A stretch of 64,000 nucleotides of DNA. Source: Malacoraja senta. Lineage: Eukaryota. The stretch lies in the NCBI GenBank assembly GCA_038087875.1, contig JAXLNO010002335.1, positions 310,001 through 374,000 of the forward strand, given 5' to 3'. The notes under the pieces were generated by a model. It had not been told where the DNA came from and searched no databases. It saw only the letters and a list, made by a program, of their open reading frames with translations. The position numbers and the translations under genes are program-made. Below are positions 39,504 to 51,721 of this stretch, piece after piece (positions within the stretch are counted from its first letter, which is position 1; every line of letters begins with the position of its first letter).

Positions 39504-41317
39504 GTGTGATATATTAATGTAAACTTATGCTATCATAATAATGTAGCACATTGATGGTCATCTGACATAGTAGAGTGCCTTATAGATATTCAGTATTAGT
39601 GATACTTGGCAAGTGGAGTTTAATGTTCCTTATATGTAGATTTCACATATTTGTTATTAAACCACAATTTCATTTAGTTCAGGTTTACATGGTCAAAGAA
39701 ATGTATTATCATTAAAAAAAAAAGTAGGAGTAACTCATTAGGTCAGGCAGCATGTATGGCGAATGTGGTCAGGACACTTTTCCATAGATGTTGCCTGACC
39801 CGCTGAGATACTCCAGCAATTTATGTATTTTTTTGTCAACCAGCATCTGTAGTTCCTTGTTTCTACTCTTTTTTTAAAAATTAAAAGACAGTTGCATTAC
39901 CTGCAATGTATATTCAATAACTATAAAGTAAGTGGCAGCATTCCAAATGATACCTTCAGAATTTGTTGAGGATGGCGAGACAATATCAGAAGCGTGAAAG
40001 AGCTCCCAAACAAATAATGAAAATCGCCAAGTTGCTTGTCAGACAAAGTGGATTGTGATCACTACCTGCTGAAGCTTTTAAGTAACGTTTGACAACAAAA
40101 TAAAGTTACGCAGCAAATTCTCAACAATACTCATAAAAAACTGGTGATTGTCACATACCGATATCCCAAAACAGCACTGCAGTTGTCCTGGCTGCTTAGG
40201 GGATGCCTTGCAGCATAGCCTGCCCATTGTTCTACATTGTAAACCTGCTGCAGATATCTTCAGATTCAGCATCACTGGTTTCCCTGCAGGTGAATCCTCC
40301 ATCTGTTGTGATCAGATGTTTTAGATGTATCTAGCCATAAGATAATGAGCCCTAGAGCAGCAACAACTAAAGCCTTGTGTTGCGTAAACTTAATGCTGTA
40401 ATATTCCCCCTGTACCTACATTCCTCCTTCAATCTGTTGAGAGATGGACTGAATAATGCTTCATTGAGATGAAACTGCTTTGTTTTACAGCTTTCTGCTT
40501 GGATGTTTGCTATGCAGTATTAACAGATGGCATCTTTCATCAGTGGTTTAGTCACTTCAATGGAGAGTTTATTGTGCAAACTTATGAGCATCAATTAATC
40601 CTTGGCCACTAGTGAAAAATGAGTGTGTAAATATCAGCTGTTGGTTGTACTCACCTCAGCACTTTTGATTCCTCCAAAGGCATGGAGGTGAATATAGATG
40701 GCAGCCAATACACTTTCACTTGTATAGCTGGAGTGACCAAATATTATGTGGGTAATAACTGTTCTTTAAACCTGTGTTAATGAATGCTTTATTCCTGGAA
40801 AATCTTAAACCACACTCAGTTAATCCTTGTTATCCACAATATCAGGAACTTTCTGTCCATGTATTGTTAAATCATTGTTGCTGTTATATAGCAATACAAT
40901 TTGTTTGTTTCTAAAATTTTAATAATTTCTAATAATATTTAGCAGGATTTGTACAATGGTTCATATTGAATATTAGGGTTGATTTCCAGACAACCATTCC
41001 ACATATTTCATATGCACCCTTCAGTGAATCAGTTAAGTGAGCAAGGGTATTCCTCTTTGAAGCACCAGTTACTCTTACAGGCTTTGTATTGTTGTGAGGC
41101 TCAGCACACAGCACAGTACTTATTTCATTGCTTAAATGTAATTGTTCCACATCAAATTACATGATCAATTTCACTCATCTGGTGGAGGTTCCTGTTTACA
41201 GCTTCCCCCAAAAATTATATTTCATTTAGTTAGTTTCGCATTTGTTTTGGTGTTCTACCTTCTACTGGTGTTCACTGTTGCATTGTGCATCCCAAGCATT
41301 GAAACAACCCTGTGTGT

Positions 41318-41540
41318 GAAGGAACTGCAGATGCTGGTTTAAACTGAAGATAGACACAAAAAGCAAAGTAACTCAGCGGGTCAGACAGCATCTCTGTAGA
41401 AAATGAATAGGTGACGTTTCAGGTTGAGACCCTTCTTCAGACCTGTGTCTGAAGAAGAGTCTCGACCCAAAATGTCACATATTCCTTTTCTCCAGAGATG
41501 CTGTCTGATCTGCTGAGCTACTTCAGCTTTTTGTGTCTAT
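41318..41540. mobile_element. Palindromic Penelope-derived element
   Basis: Inverted arms of ~95 bp centred on CTTCTTCAGAC-CTGT-GTCTGAAGAAG. Confidence 0.8.
41409..41444 (-). ncRNA. Minimal type I hammerhead ribozyme motif
   Basis: Minus strand reads AGGU-CUGAAGA-A-GGGU(CUCA)ACCU-GAAA-C-GUC-ACCU: intact core, stem II and a 4-bp stem I. Confidence 0.6.
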
Positions 41541-42176
41541 TGAAATTACCCTTCTTCATTCTCTTTGATCGTATACAGAGTTCTACAGTTCTACTTTATA
41601 AGCAAACAACTGAGCACTTCCAACATTTGGAAGTCACCTCAGGGCTCCATCCACTTCCCGCCTGCTGTGAATACACTGATTATTATCTGCACAAGCAGAT
41701 TCACATGAGCTGTTGAAGCAGAGTGGATATAATGGTCACAATGTGATGGACTACATGTTCCACACCTGATGCTGCAGCATGTGAGGAGCCCAATGTGAAT
41801 GCAGTGGGTGAAGACTTAATTTCATCTGTTGGACTCCAGATAACATTAACTCAACAATATTCCTTTGGCCTGACGATTCCTTTGGATGCGATACAGTGGC
41901 ATAGCTGGTTGAGCAACTGCCTCAGAGCTCCAGAGTTCTGGGTTCGGTTGACCTCAGGTGCTGTCTGTGTGATGTTCACACATTCTCCCTGGGACAACAT
42001 GAGTCGTCACTGGGTGCTCTGCTTTCCCTCCACATCGCAAAAAGTGAAATGCTGAACTTTTCCTGCAGGCAGAGCTTTGGGAATTGAAACTAATTCCAAG
42101 GATTGTGAAGTAATGCATTTGGGAACAATAAACAAGGTGAGGAATAGGTAATAAATGGAAAATATCGAGAAGTGTA

Positions 42177-42757
42177 AAGGGGCTGTCCCACTTCGGCGAC
42201 CTAATCCGCGAGTTCTGACGAGTTTGCCCTCGACTCATACTCGCAGCCTGGTCGTCACGAGGTCCTAGGAGGTCTTTGTAACTCTCCTTCATGCTCGAGA
42301 GTAGTCCCAGCGCACTCGAGGCCTCAGCTAGGTTGCGACGTATTTTTCAACATGTTGAAAAATGCCAGCGAGTAAAAAAAGTTTGCCATGGAAAAAATCA
42401 ATACTTTTTTTACTCATAGGTTTAGTCGAAGTAGGTCGTAGTAGGTCGGCATGTTAGTCGTAGGTAATCGAGGAGCAGTCGAAGGCAATCAAAGTCGAAG
42501 GTAGTTGTAGATAGTCTTCAACATAGTCGAAGGGAGGTCAAAGGATATCGAAGGAGGTCGCCTTCACTCTCCACTATTCGGTGTCCAATTTTCCCGAAGC
42601 TCGTCGAACCTAATCGAAGCTAGTCTTCAACATAGTCAAAGGAGGTCGAGGGAGGTCTTCTACATAGTCGAAGGGGGTCTTCAACATGACATTTTTAAAA
42701 ACTCTCCTACATTCTTCTAAACTTGCCAATTAGGTCGCCGCAGTGGGACAGCCCCTT
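42177..42757. mobile_element. PIF/Harbinger-like MITE inserted in an old CR1
   Basis: TIRs AAGGGGCTGTCCCACTTCGGCGACCTAAT / ATTAGGTCGCCGCAGTGGGACAGCCCCTT, internal AGTCGAAG/GGTCG repeats. Confidence 0.8.
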
Positions 42758-44069
42758 GAGGAACCTTGGCGTTGACAAAAATAGATTCCGGTAGTTAGCA
42801 ATGCATGTTCAGAGCTGTTGAAAAGGACATTTTAGCAGAGACATAAATATTAGAATAGGGAGGCCACAGAAAAGATTAAACTATATTAGATGTGGCAATG
42901 ACAAAAAATATATAGGGATGCTTCTAGTCCTGCTGAACTTTTAACAGTGATTAAAGATTGGTTTTTTGAACAGAGATGACTGAGAGGAGATTTTGCTAAG
43001 GTATATAGAACTTTAAGGTGCCGAGGCAGAGTGGATGTAAATAAGACCTATTACATACTGTAGACAATAATCAACATAATTAGATTTAAAATAACTTTGG
43101 AAAGCTTAGATATGAGATGAGGAGGGATATTTTCAACCTGAGGTTACCCAGCCTCTGAATCCTACAGATTTCTTTGGCACATTAAAAAGGTACTTGGAAA
43201 TCCACTTGATAGGCCATAATCTTATGATTGTGGACTGAGAGTTAGAAATTAAAATTAGACTGGAAATATTTTCAGCAAACTATTTGGAAGCAATGGGCAA
43301 TTGCCTCCTTTTGAGTCATCAATATCTCTGACTCCATGATTTCTAATTTGTACATGAATGTATGAAGATGATAAAACTCACTCAATTCATCAACTTTGGC
43401 TCAATGTGATTACACCGGTGTATATCAGAGATTCTGGGGGTTTTTTGCGGAGAAAAAGGTGCCGGTTTGCATCTTATTCCTTGCTGTTGGTGGCTATGGC
43501 AGACTGTCGACCAATAAATGGCTAAAACTGTTTGAGAGTCTGACCCGAGAAGGGTCTCGACCCGAAATGCCGCCCATTCCTTCTCTCCAGAGTTGCTGCC
43601 TGTCCCGCTGAGTTACTCCAGCATTTCTGTCTATCTAAGGGCCTAACTGCCTTATTTAATTAATACATTTTATTTTTAAACTTTAGTAATCTTTCTTAGT
43701 AATAACAAAGAAAGCATTGATCAGAGGACTTTGCTGTTTCCTCCACCTCTTGGAGACTAGATAACTGAATCATTAAAGGGAGCCATTCTGCCCAATTTTC
43801 CTTAACAACTCCAGTCTTGCTATCTCAGCACTCACAGCATATATGCTTGTATGAATAAAGAAGCACCTCCTTAACAACTCCATTCTCTGCATCATTTCAT
43901 TGAAAGCACGCAAACTTTTGTGAATAATTAATATGGAATGCATTAAATTTGGCGAAGTCTACCTCCCACACCTCATACATGAAACCTTGTGCTCCTCACT
44001 GTTGGTTGAATTTCTGTTAAAACGAGAAAAAAAACACAATTCCTTATAAGTGGCTTTGAACATGGATTT

Positions 44070-44430
44070 ACGAAACGATACGATAAAACTTTATTCATCC
44101 CCGGAGGGAACTTTGGTCTGTCGGCAGACACAACACACAAGGTACACAAAAACTTGAAATTGAAAGTGAAAAGGAAAAGAAAAAGACAAGCGACTGTTGT
44201 CTGGCTGTCGTGTGCACAGCGCCTTCACCGGAACAAATGAACAACCAAACAAACACAGACTTATCCCCTGGGTAGAGGATTCTAAACTAGAGTAGCCCCC
44301 TCCCCCACACAGGGTCCCTCTTTGTTATCCCACCGTCCCTCACAGCGGTCTGCCCACGCCGGATCCCCATTGTACTTCACGCCGGTCCCCACACACCGGG
44401 TCCTCCATTGTACTTCACGGCTGGCCCCAT
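44070..44430 (-). mobile_element. LINE 3' end, same family as 19078-19510
   Basis: Shares ATTCATCCC.GGAGGGAA..CAGACTTAT.CCCTGGG.AGAGGATTCTAAACTAGAGT. Confidence 0.6.
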
Positions 44431-45689
44431 TACTTGAATTATTACTCTTCGTAAGATGTCTTCTTATGTCGTATAAGTTGAATAAGCTCACAAAGTTAAA
44501 TCCATTAAATATTTCATGCACTAAAGCTATTTTGGAACATTTTAGATAATGTGACAAGGATCATACCTACCCCCATGGTGCTGTGAGGCAGTAGTACTAA
44601 CTGTTGTGCATTGTGCCAAACTCTCTCCAAAAAATTGTGGAACTGTGGAAGGACGCACATTCCATTGAATGATCCGCCTTTATGATATTTGCACCTGATG
44701 ATAATGTAAGTAGTCTAATATGGCAGGAAGGATCGGTGAGCTGGTACAGCTCAGAAGATGATGGGGTGTGTGCAGGGAAAGTAAGTCAACATACTTATTT
44801 TTGTGGATTTGAACTCAGCACACTGAATTGCATTCCTTTTAATGGGATCACGTTATGCCAAAGGCCAAGCAAAACAATACAGAGGTAGTAGTAGCCAAAT
44901 GGTTTATTGAACCTGCTCTGCTATTCATAAATAGAGGTATATATGATAAGAAAACTAAGTTATATTTAGAGCTTCACACACTAGTTCCCACTTGGCAGCA
45001 AAATATTTCCATGTATCTTGTTTGCTCTTCAGAGTAGCCTACCAATTTTATTTTACTGGGTCATTATAAATGTAATTACAGATATCTTATTCTTATTCCA
45101 TCACAGGATTAACAAATCACTATTGCCAGTTAGGAATTGGATTCACAGGGATGAGTATTCTCAAGGCTATTATAATTTTGAAAGTTAATATTTAGTCATT
45201 TTTGAGTCTCCAATTTGAAAATCTATGCTAATTCAAAGTGATTCAAAGTCCTGTCATTAACTAGGTTATGCACATGAAATATGTCAAAATTAACATTATT
45301 AGCTTGGTAAATACATATTAAGAACTACTATTGGTTGCAGTGAAATGGTAATTGTATAGGAAAGAGTATACGTCAAGAAACAATAGAAGTGTAAAAAGGA
45401 GTACAATAAACGTAGGTGACATTAGTTCCAATGTAGATTGTGTTTTTCGAATAAAAAATGGTAGCCTCAAGAATTACTTCAGAGCGCATTTGAGATTGTT
45501 TCCTGTGACAGTACATTGTGGAACCGAAACAAGGAACAGTGTGTTTGGATCCAGTAATATGTGATGAGGCAGATTTAATAAATGATCTCAGAGTAAAAGA
45601 TCTCTAAAGAAATAGTGGTCATAGCAGGACAGAATTTTGCATTCAACTTGGGAGTAAGAAATTTGTGTCTAAAACAACTGTGTAAATCA

Positions 45690-46280
45690 TAAATAAGGGA
45701 ATTTACATAGGAATGCAGATACATTGGCTGAAGTGAACTAGGCAAGTTAATTTGCAGGGAGACAGTAGAGAAACAGTGGCAAACACTCATGGAAATAACT
45801 CAAAAAATTAGCAGGCAGGTGCAGTGAGTGATTAATAAGGTAAATGGGCTTTTGGCCATTATTGCAAAGGAATTGAAGTTTAAAAACAGGAAAGTTGTGT
45901 TACAATTATACACCATGTTAGTTCAACCACACTTGGAGTGCTGTGAATTGCCACCATACTGAAGAAAGGATATATAGTAGCATTGGATAGAATCCAAATG
46001 AGCTTCATCAGGCTAATTCCTGAAATGGAAGAGCTGTCCTATCAGAAGAGGCATGTTGAGTCTGCATATTTTGGAGCAGAATGAGGGGTGATCTTATGAA
46101 AACACGTAAGAGGGCATGACAGAGTAGATGTCAAGATGTTTTCACTATTGTGAGAATCTCGAACGAGAAGGCATAGTTTCAAGTTCAATGCAAGCCATCA
46201 TTAAACTGAGGTCTATAGAAGTTTATTTTCACAGTGGTTGGCAAATCTCTGGAATTCTCTGTCCCAAAGAACCATAGAAG
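45690..46280 (+). mobile_element. Old CR1 fragment
   Basis: CCACACTTGGAGTGCTGTG, AGAATGAGGGGTGATCTTA, TCTCTGGAATTCTCT. Confidence 0.75.
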
Positions 46281-49179
46281 CTAAATGTGATAGGAAGGGA
46301 CTGCAGATGCTGGTTTATTCCTAAGATAGACACAATCTGAAGAAGGGTTCCGACCCGAAATGTCACCTATAGCTTTTCTTCAGAGATGCTGCCTGACATG
46401 CTGAGTCACTTCAGCACTTTGTATCTGGCTCATTACAAGTATTTACTGGATGAAAGATGGGGGAGGGGGGGGGGGGGAGTGAGTGTGGGCTGTGTGCATA
46501 AAGAAGGAGCTGAGGCCTGCGGTGGATAGGCAATGATTGCATTGAATAGTAGGCCAAGCTTGAAGGACCATATTTGTTCTTGTAAGGAAATAATAAAATG
46601 TACATTAAATGGCTTCATTTTGCTTTGAATTGTCTTCTAATTAGACTCCAACCAAGCAGGAGAAGGATTGGGGCGTTCCCAATGGGTCCATTGCTAATAT
46701 AGCATGTGGAACGCGGATACATCTATCCACTGCCTCTCCAGAAAACTGAATCTATATTACAGAAAGCAAGTTCTATGTACCTCCACGAGGGAAAATAACC
46801 TAGGGCCATATCAACAGCTCAGATTTTTATTTTGCTGTGGGCAGTTAAACTTGAGATGAATAAAAATACACATTTGTTAATGTCTGTGCAAAACTTCACT
46901 ACCTCGACTAATTGGAAAGTTGCCTTCCTTCCCTTTTGATTATGGATGACTAAGTATTCATCTCTACTGCTGTAGGTCAGCAAATTAGATTTCTTACTCA
47001 GTGCCCTGCAGAACTCAGAACTAATCATTGGAGAAAATAATCAGTCCCTGGTGAATCCTCATTGTCTGAAACCGATATGTGTCTTGTTTTTTAAAATTAT
47101 TTTCTAGGATTTTACAATTTGAGAAGAACTCATGTAAATTGGTACATAACCCATGTTATGTATTTCACATGAAATTTATCGACACATTTCAAAAGATAAA
47201 GGAATTCTCAGCCCTAGTTATGACCAATACAGATTAAAACCCTGCACTTAAATCTCCTCTACTAATTTAAACTGGAAGCTGCCTCACCAACTAAACTGAC
47301 CAAGCCCACAGATCAAATTAGTCACCCATAATTTGAACTAAATTGTAAATTTAATTGCAAAGATGCTATAAAAGGAAGGATTTAGCTGTGTTGGTGCTAT
47401 CTATCTGAAGGTACTGTGATGAGTAACATCACAACCTAACTTTTGACTGATCCTTCCCCTTAAATACCAATCTGAATCCCTTCAAAAATTATCTTCAAAA
47501 GTCAGCCTCCACCAATTTTACAAGGAGTATATTTGAAATCTATATTCGTGGCTGCAAAGGCTGAGATTAATGGTGGAAGAGACTATTGATATAATAGAAG
47601 AGAGATATCATCTATAGCAGACCTGATGACATGATGCTGTATAACTACTGGCAGAATTGCTGTCCCTTGCTCTACGCAGTGATTTTTAGTATGTTCCAAC
47701 AACCAAGTGCTTCTTTGAACTTTGCAGGGCAAAGTTACATTGGGCAGAGTAAATATAACAAAGCTGGAGACGTTCTTTGGAATGTACACCTAGTGCTTTT
47801 GAAACATGTCAACTCTGACCCTCACGCGAGTCTGCTTCCTCAACATGACACTTGTTTATAGTCAGAGTCAGTGAATTCTGGAGGGAAAAGTCTGACATTC
47901 AGATAGTAGTCATGGGCCCAGATCTTGCAATCACCCTTCCATGATCACTGTTGGTGTCTGAACTTGCTTAAAATTCACCTCATCTCTTTTCTGTAGCATG
48001 AACTAGCTGGAAGAGTATGGTCCAATACTCTGCTTTGAAGCTCTGGTGATGGGATAGGTCCTTCCATGTGTTAATCCCATCATATAGACTAGATTAGAAC
48101 AAAGACTGCCCATGAAATAACTGCAAGGTAGTTTGACAGGTAATTAAACCACACTCCTGGTTTAATCATCACTCAATGTTGACAAAAGACATGAAATGTA
48201 TCTGATACTTATACACGCTCCAAATCTATTAAAACATAGCAAAATTATTGTATAAATATTGTAGCAAAATCACTTAAAAGCTAGAATCAGTCATTAAAAA
48301 TCAGATAAAAGCATTAAAAAAACCTGTTAAACATTTGAAAACTGACTAATATATCCAATTTATTAATAACAAATATTATAATAATGACTCGACAGTCCCT
48401 TGTAGCCATTGTCAAAGACAGCTCCCCTTTCCCAATTCAACCCTACACTGGTCATTAATGTGAATTCCCTGGCTTTTGTTAGGAAACTGCAGTAATTTTG
48501 TGTCCTCATGCTAGATTCCATGTCAGAGGTACAGTGAAAAGCTTTGTTTGCATGCTATCCAAACAGATCTCAAGTACCTTACGTAGATACAATTAGTTCA
48601 AACTCAAGTACAATACATAGAACAATGGGGATAATGCAGATAGCAGAATGTAGTTCTCAGTATTGCAGCGCATTAGTCTCTTAGACAAAGTCCTATGTCC
48701 TCAGTGGGGTAGAGGTGAGTCTGGCTTATAGAAGGATCATTCAGAAGCCTGATAACGGAGGGGAAGAAAATGTTCCTGAGTCATGCTTTATAGCACCTGC
48801 ACAATCTGCCAGACAGGAGTAGGGAGAAGGAATGGGACATTTTGATTATGTTAGTTGATTTTCTGAGGCAGTGTGAAGTGTAGATGGAGTAAATGCTTTG
48901 TGACGAACACCTCCAAAGGCTATTTTATTAAATGATGTCCCAGTTAGCCCAATTTACCCAATTGCCTTTTGATCTGCTTCTTATTTCTTTCTCTCACCGA
49001 GCATCTGATCTTCTCATGTCTGGAAAGGTTTAGAGCGATATGGGACAAACACAGGCAAATTGAACTAGTTTAGATGGAGCAAGTTAGTTGTCATGGATGA
49101 GTTGAGCTAAAGGAACCTTTTTCATGCCATATGGCCTTTGTGGTCTTTCTGATAAAGCCCCAGGCTGTCATTGATGACC

Positions 49180-49510
49180 TGGGGAGAATATGTTTCCACT
49201 AGTGGGAGAGTCTAAGACCAGAGGGCACAGCCTCAGAATCAAAGGATGTACCTTTAGAAAGGAGATAAGGATGAATTTCTGTAGTCAGAAGGTGGTGAAT
49301 CTGTAGAATTCATTGCCACAGATGGCTGTCACTGTGTATTTTTAAAGTGGAGATTAACACATTCTGGATTAGTACTGGTGTCAAAGGTTATGGGGTGAAG
49401 ATAAGAGAATGGGGTTGAGAGGGAAAGATAGATCAATGGCAATGATTGAATGACAGAGTAGACTCGAGGGGCCGAATGGCCCAATTATACTCCTGTGACT
49501 TTCGAACACT
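49180..49510 (+). mobile_element. CR1 3' fragment
   Basis: Homologous to 6120-6400. Confidence 0.85.
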
Positions 49511-50242
49511 AATTTATGACTAGGGGACATTGCGTATACAGAATTTACTTAACTGGCTCCCTTTCAGTTTCCTCAGATGTCCTGTTGCACCCAAAGACGA
49601 GAGCATAGACCAAACTCCCTCATCTGGTGATCTTCGGATCTGGGCTAATACCAACTCCAAGACAAGGCATAGCATGTGACCTTTAATGATTCCCCCATCC
49701 TCACACTAACATTGTTCTCCTGAGTACTGAATCTGCCTCTACCTTTATATATATATATATATATATTTTTTTTTTCTTCTCTCTCTATTACTTTCTCTCA
49801 TCTTTTTCTCTCTTTATCTTCATTCTTTCAAAAAAAAACTGAAGCCATGTAAGAAATCTGTAATTAAATTGTCGCTTACTATTATTTGTATACATGCTTC
49901 TAATAAAAATATTTTTTTTTAAAAATAATAATAAATGCAGTTCTAATTGGCAAAAAAAACAAACTAAAAAAAACCACTTGTGCTTAAATATCAATTCCAT
50001 TGTCATCGACTATATCGCTTTACATTGATACAGCATATTAAATGTAGCAAACATGCCTGGATTGGGAGATATGAGAAAAATGTACATTGAGGTAAAGACG
50101 TTGAGCGTTGCATGGGTCATGGTCTAGCGATGGATTTTAGCATTGGGGCTAAAGGAGGAGAAATGTGGAAGATACATTACAAACTAGAAGAATAGCAGAT
50201 GTGGAGTTGGAATAAGGTAGTGGTTAGTGAGGAAGCAGACTC

Positions 50243-50370
50243 AGTCTGAAGAAGGGTTTCGGCCCGAAACGTTGCCTATTTCCTTCGCTCCATAGATGCT
50301 GCTGCACCCGCTGAGTTTCTCCAGCACTTTTGTCTACCTTCGATTTTCCAGCATCTGTAGTTCCTTCTAA
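50243..50370 (+). mobile_element. Penelope pLTR fragment with intact hammerhead core (50246-50273)
   Basis: CTGAAGA-A-GGGT(TTCG)GCCC-GAAA-C-GTT. Confidence 0.7.
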
Positions 50371-50452
50371 ACATTATGAGTGAGAATTTGGGAGACTCCC
50401 TAATATAGATCAATCTTGTGAAGTTTGGTGAGAAGGCATTGAAAGCTATTAT

Positions 50453-50850
50453 TAGAAACATAGAAAATAGGTGCAGGAGTATGCCATTCGGCCCTTCGAG
50501 CCAGCACCGCTATAATCCAAAATCAGTACCCCGTTTCTGGTTTCTCCCCATATCACTTGATTGCGTTAGCCCTAAGAGCTACTGTATATCTAACTCTCTC
50601 TCTGAACTGGCCTCCACTGCCTTCTGTGGCAGAGAATTCCACAGATTCACAACTCTCTGGGTGAATTTTTTTTCTTCATCTCAGTCCTAAATGGTCTTAC
50701 ACTGTGACCCCTGATTCTTGACTCCCCCAACATCGGGACCATTTTTCCTGCATCCAGCCTGTCAAATCCCTTAAGAATGTTATATGTTTCTATAAGATCC
50801 CCTCTCATCCTTCTAAATTCAGTGAATATAAGCCCAGTTGACCAATTCTT
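50453..50850 (-). mobile_element. CR1 3' fragment
   Basis: Reverse complement of the CR1 tail, with a (TAGAAACA)-type end. Confidence 0.88.
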
Positions 50851-51489
50851 TCATCACTTCAAGTGCCTTAGATGTTGACGTGATATAAACGATGGAGAAT
50901 CTTGATTCATCTGGCAAACTATCGCATTTTTGTCCCACAGTAACAAAGATGAAAGCCCTGCCACATAATTCCCTGAAACATGGCTCCAATTTCTGTGGAA
51001 GCATTTCCCAACATTCATTTACAACCTAAGAGAAGATTAGCAGAATTTGTAGAAATTATATAAATAGGTGCAATTTCTTACTGCATTACGCAGTTACAAT
51101 AAGAGACTAAGGACAATCTGTGTTAATACACTGCTTGAGCTGTTACCATTGCTGCAAACACTCTGACGCAGTAAGAGACAAAAAACTTGATCTCCTCTCC
51201 CCACCTCCTGGTTAATGAACAGCTAGAACTGCTGTGAATGTCATCAATGATAGCAAAGCTAACACATGTGTATTTTCCTATAAGCTGTGCAATTCAGAAT
51301 GAAAGTAATTAGCTTTCAAAACCACATGAAGCCAGGTGAACCATTGCCTTATTAATTTGAAGAGACTGTATTGAGGTAAAAAGCATTTGATTGAAAATAA
51401 GCTTTTATACATCCCTTTTATACGAGCTAGAGTGTGACCTCTTAAAATATGCATTAGAAGATTCCTTATAACATCTTGTTTTTTGACAG

Positions 51490-51721
51490 GCTGGTGGAGT
51501 TAACTGAGTCGATACACATCAATCCATACTGGGGAATTCTTTCCAAATGCCTGGCTTACAGCAAGGCTGTTTCAGACCCCTTTGTATACTCCTTGCTGCG
51601 ACATCAGTACAAGAAGACATGGATGGACATTATTAATAGATTGCTGAAAAGAAGCTCCCTAAACTCCTCTGCAATGACAGGTGAAACACCGAACAGTAAT
51701 TTTGTACAAACAGATGAATGA
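51490..51721 (+). CDS. GPR26: GPR26 coding exon 3 (TM7, C-tail)
   Basis: ttttgacag|G acceptor. LVELTESIHINPYWGILSKCLAYSKAVSDPFVYSLLRHQY..QTDE*. Exons total 668+114+232=1014 nt, giving 337 aa. Confidence 0.96.

Noticed and set aside
42430-42690. CRISPR-like repeat array
   Set aside because: Irregular internal MITE repeats with no unique spacers, in a eukaryotic context.
31809-51721. GPR78 rather than GPR26
   Set aside because: The 337-aa length, the C-tail (YSLLRHQY..SS..TG) and the CPXM2 neighbour fit GPR26. GPR78 neighbours CPZ.
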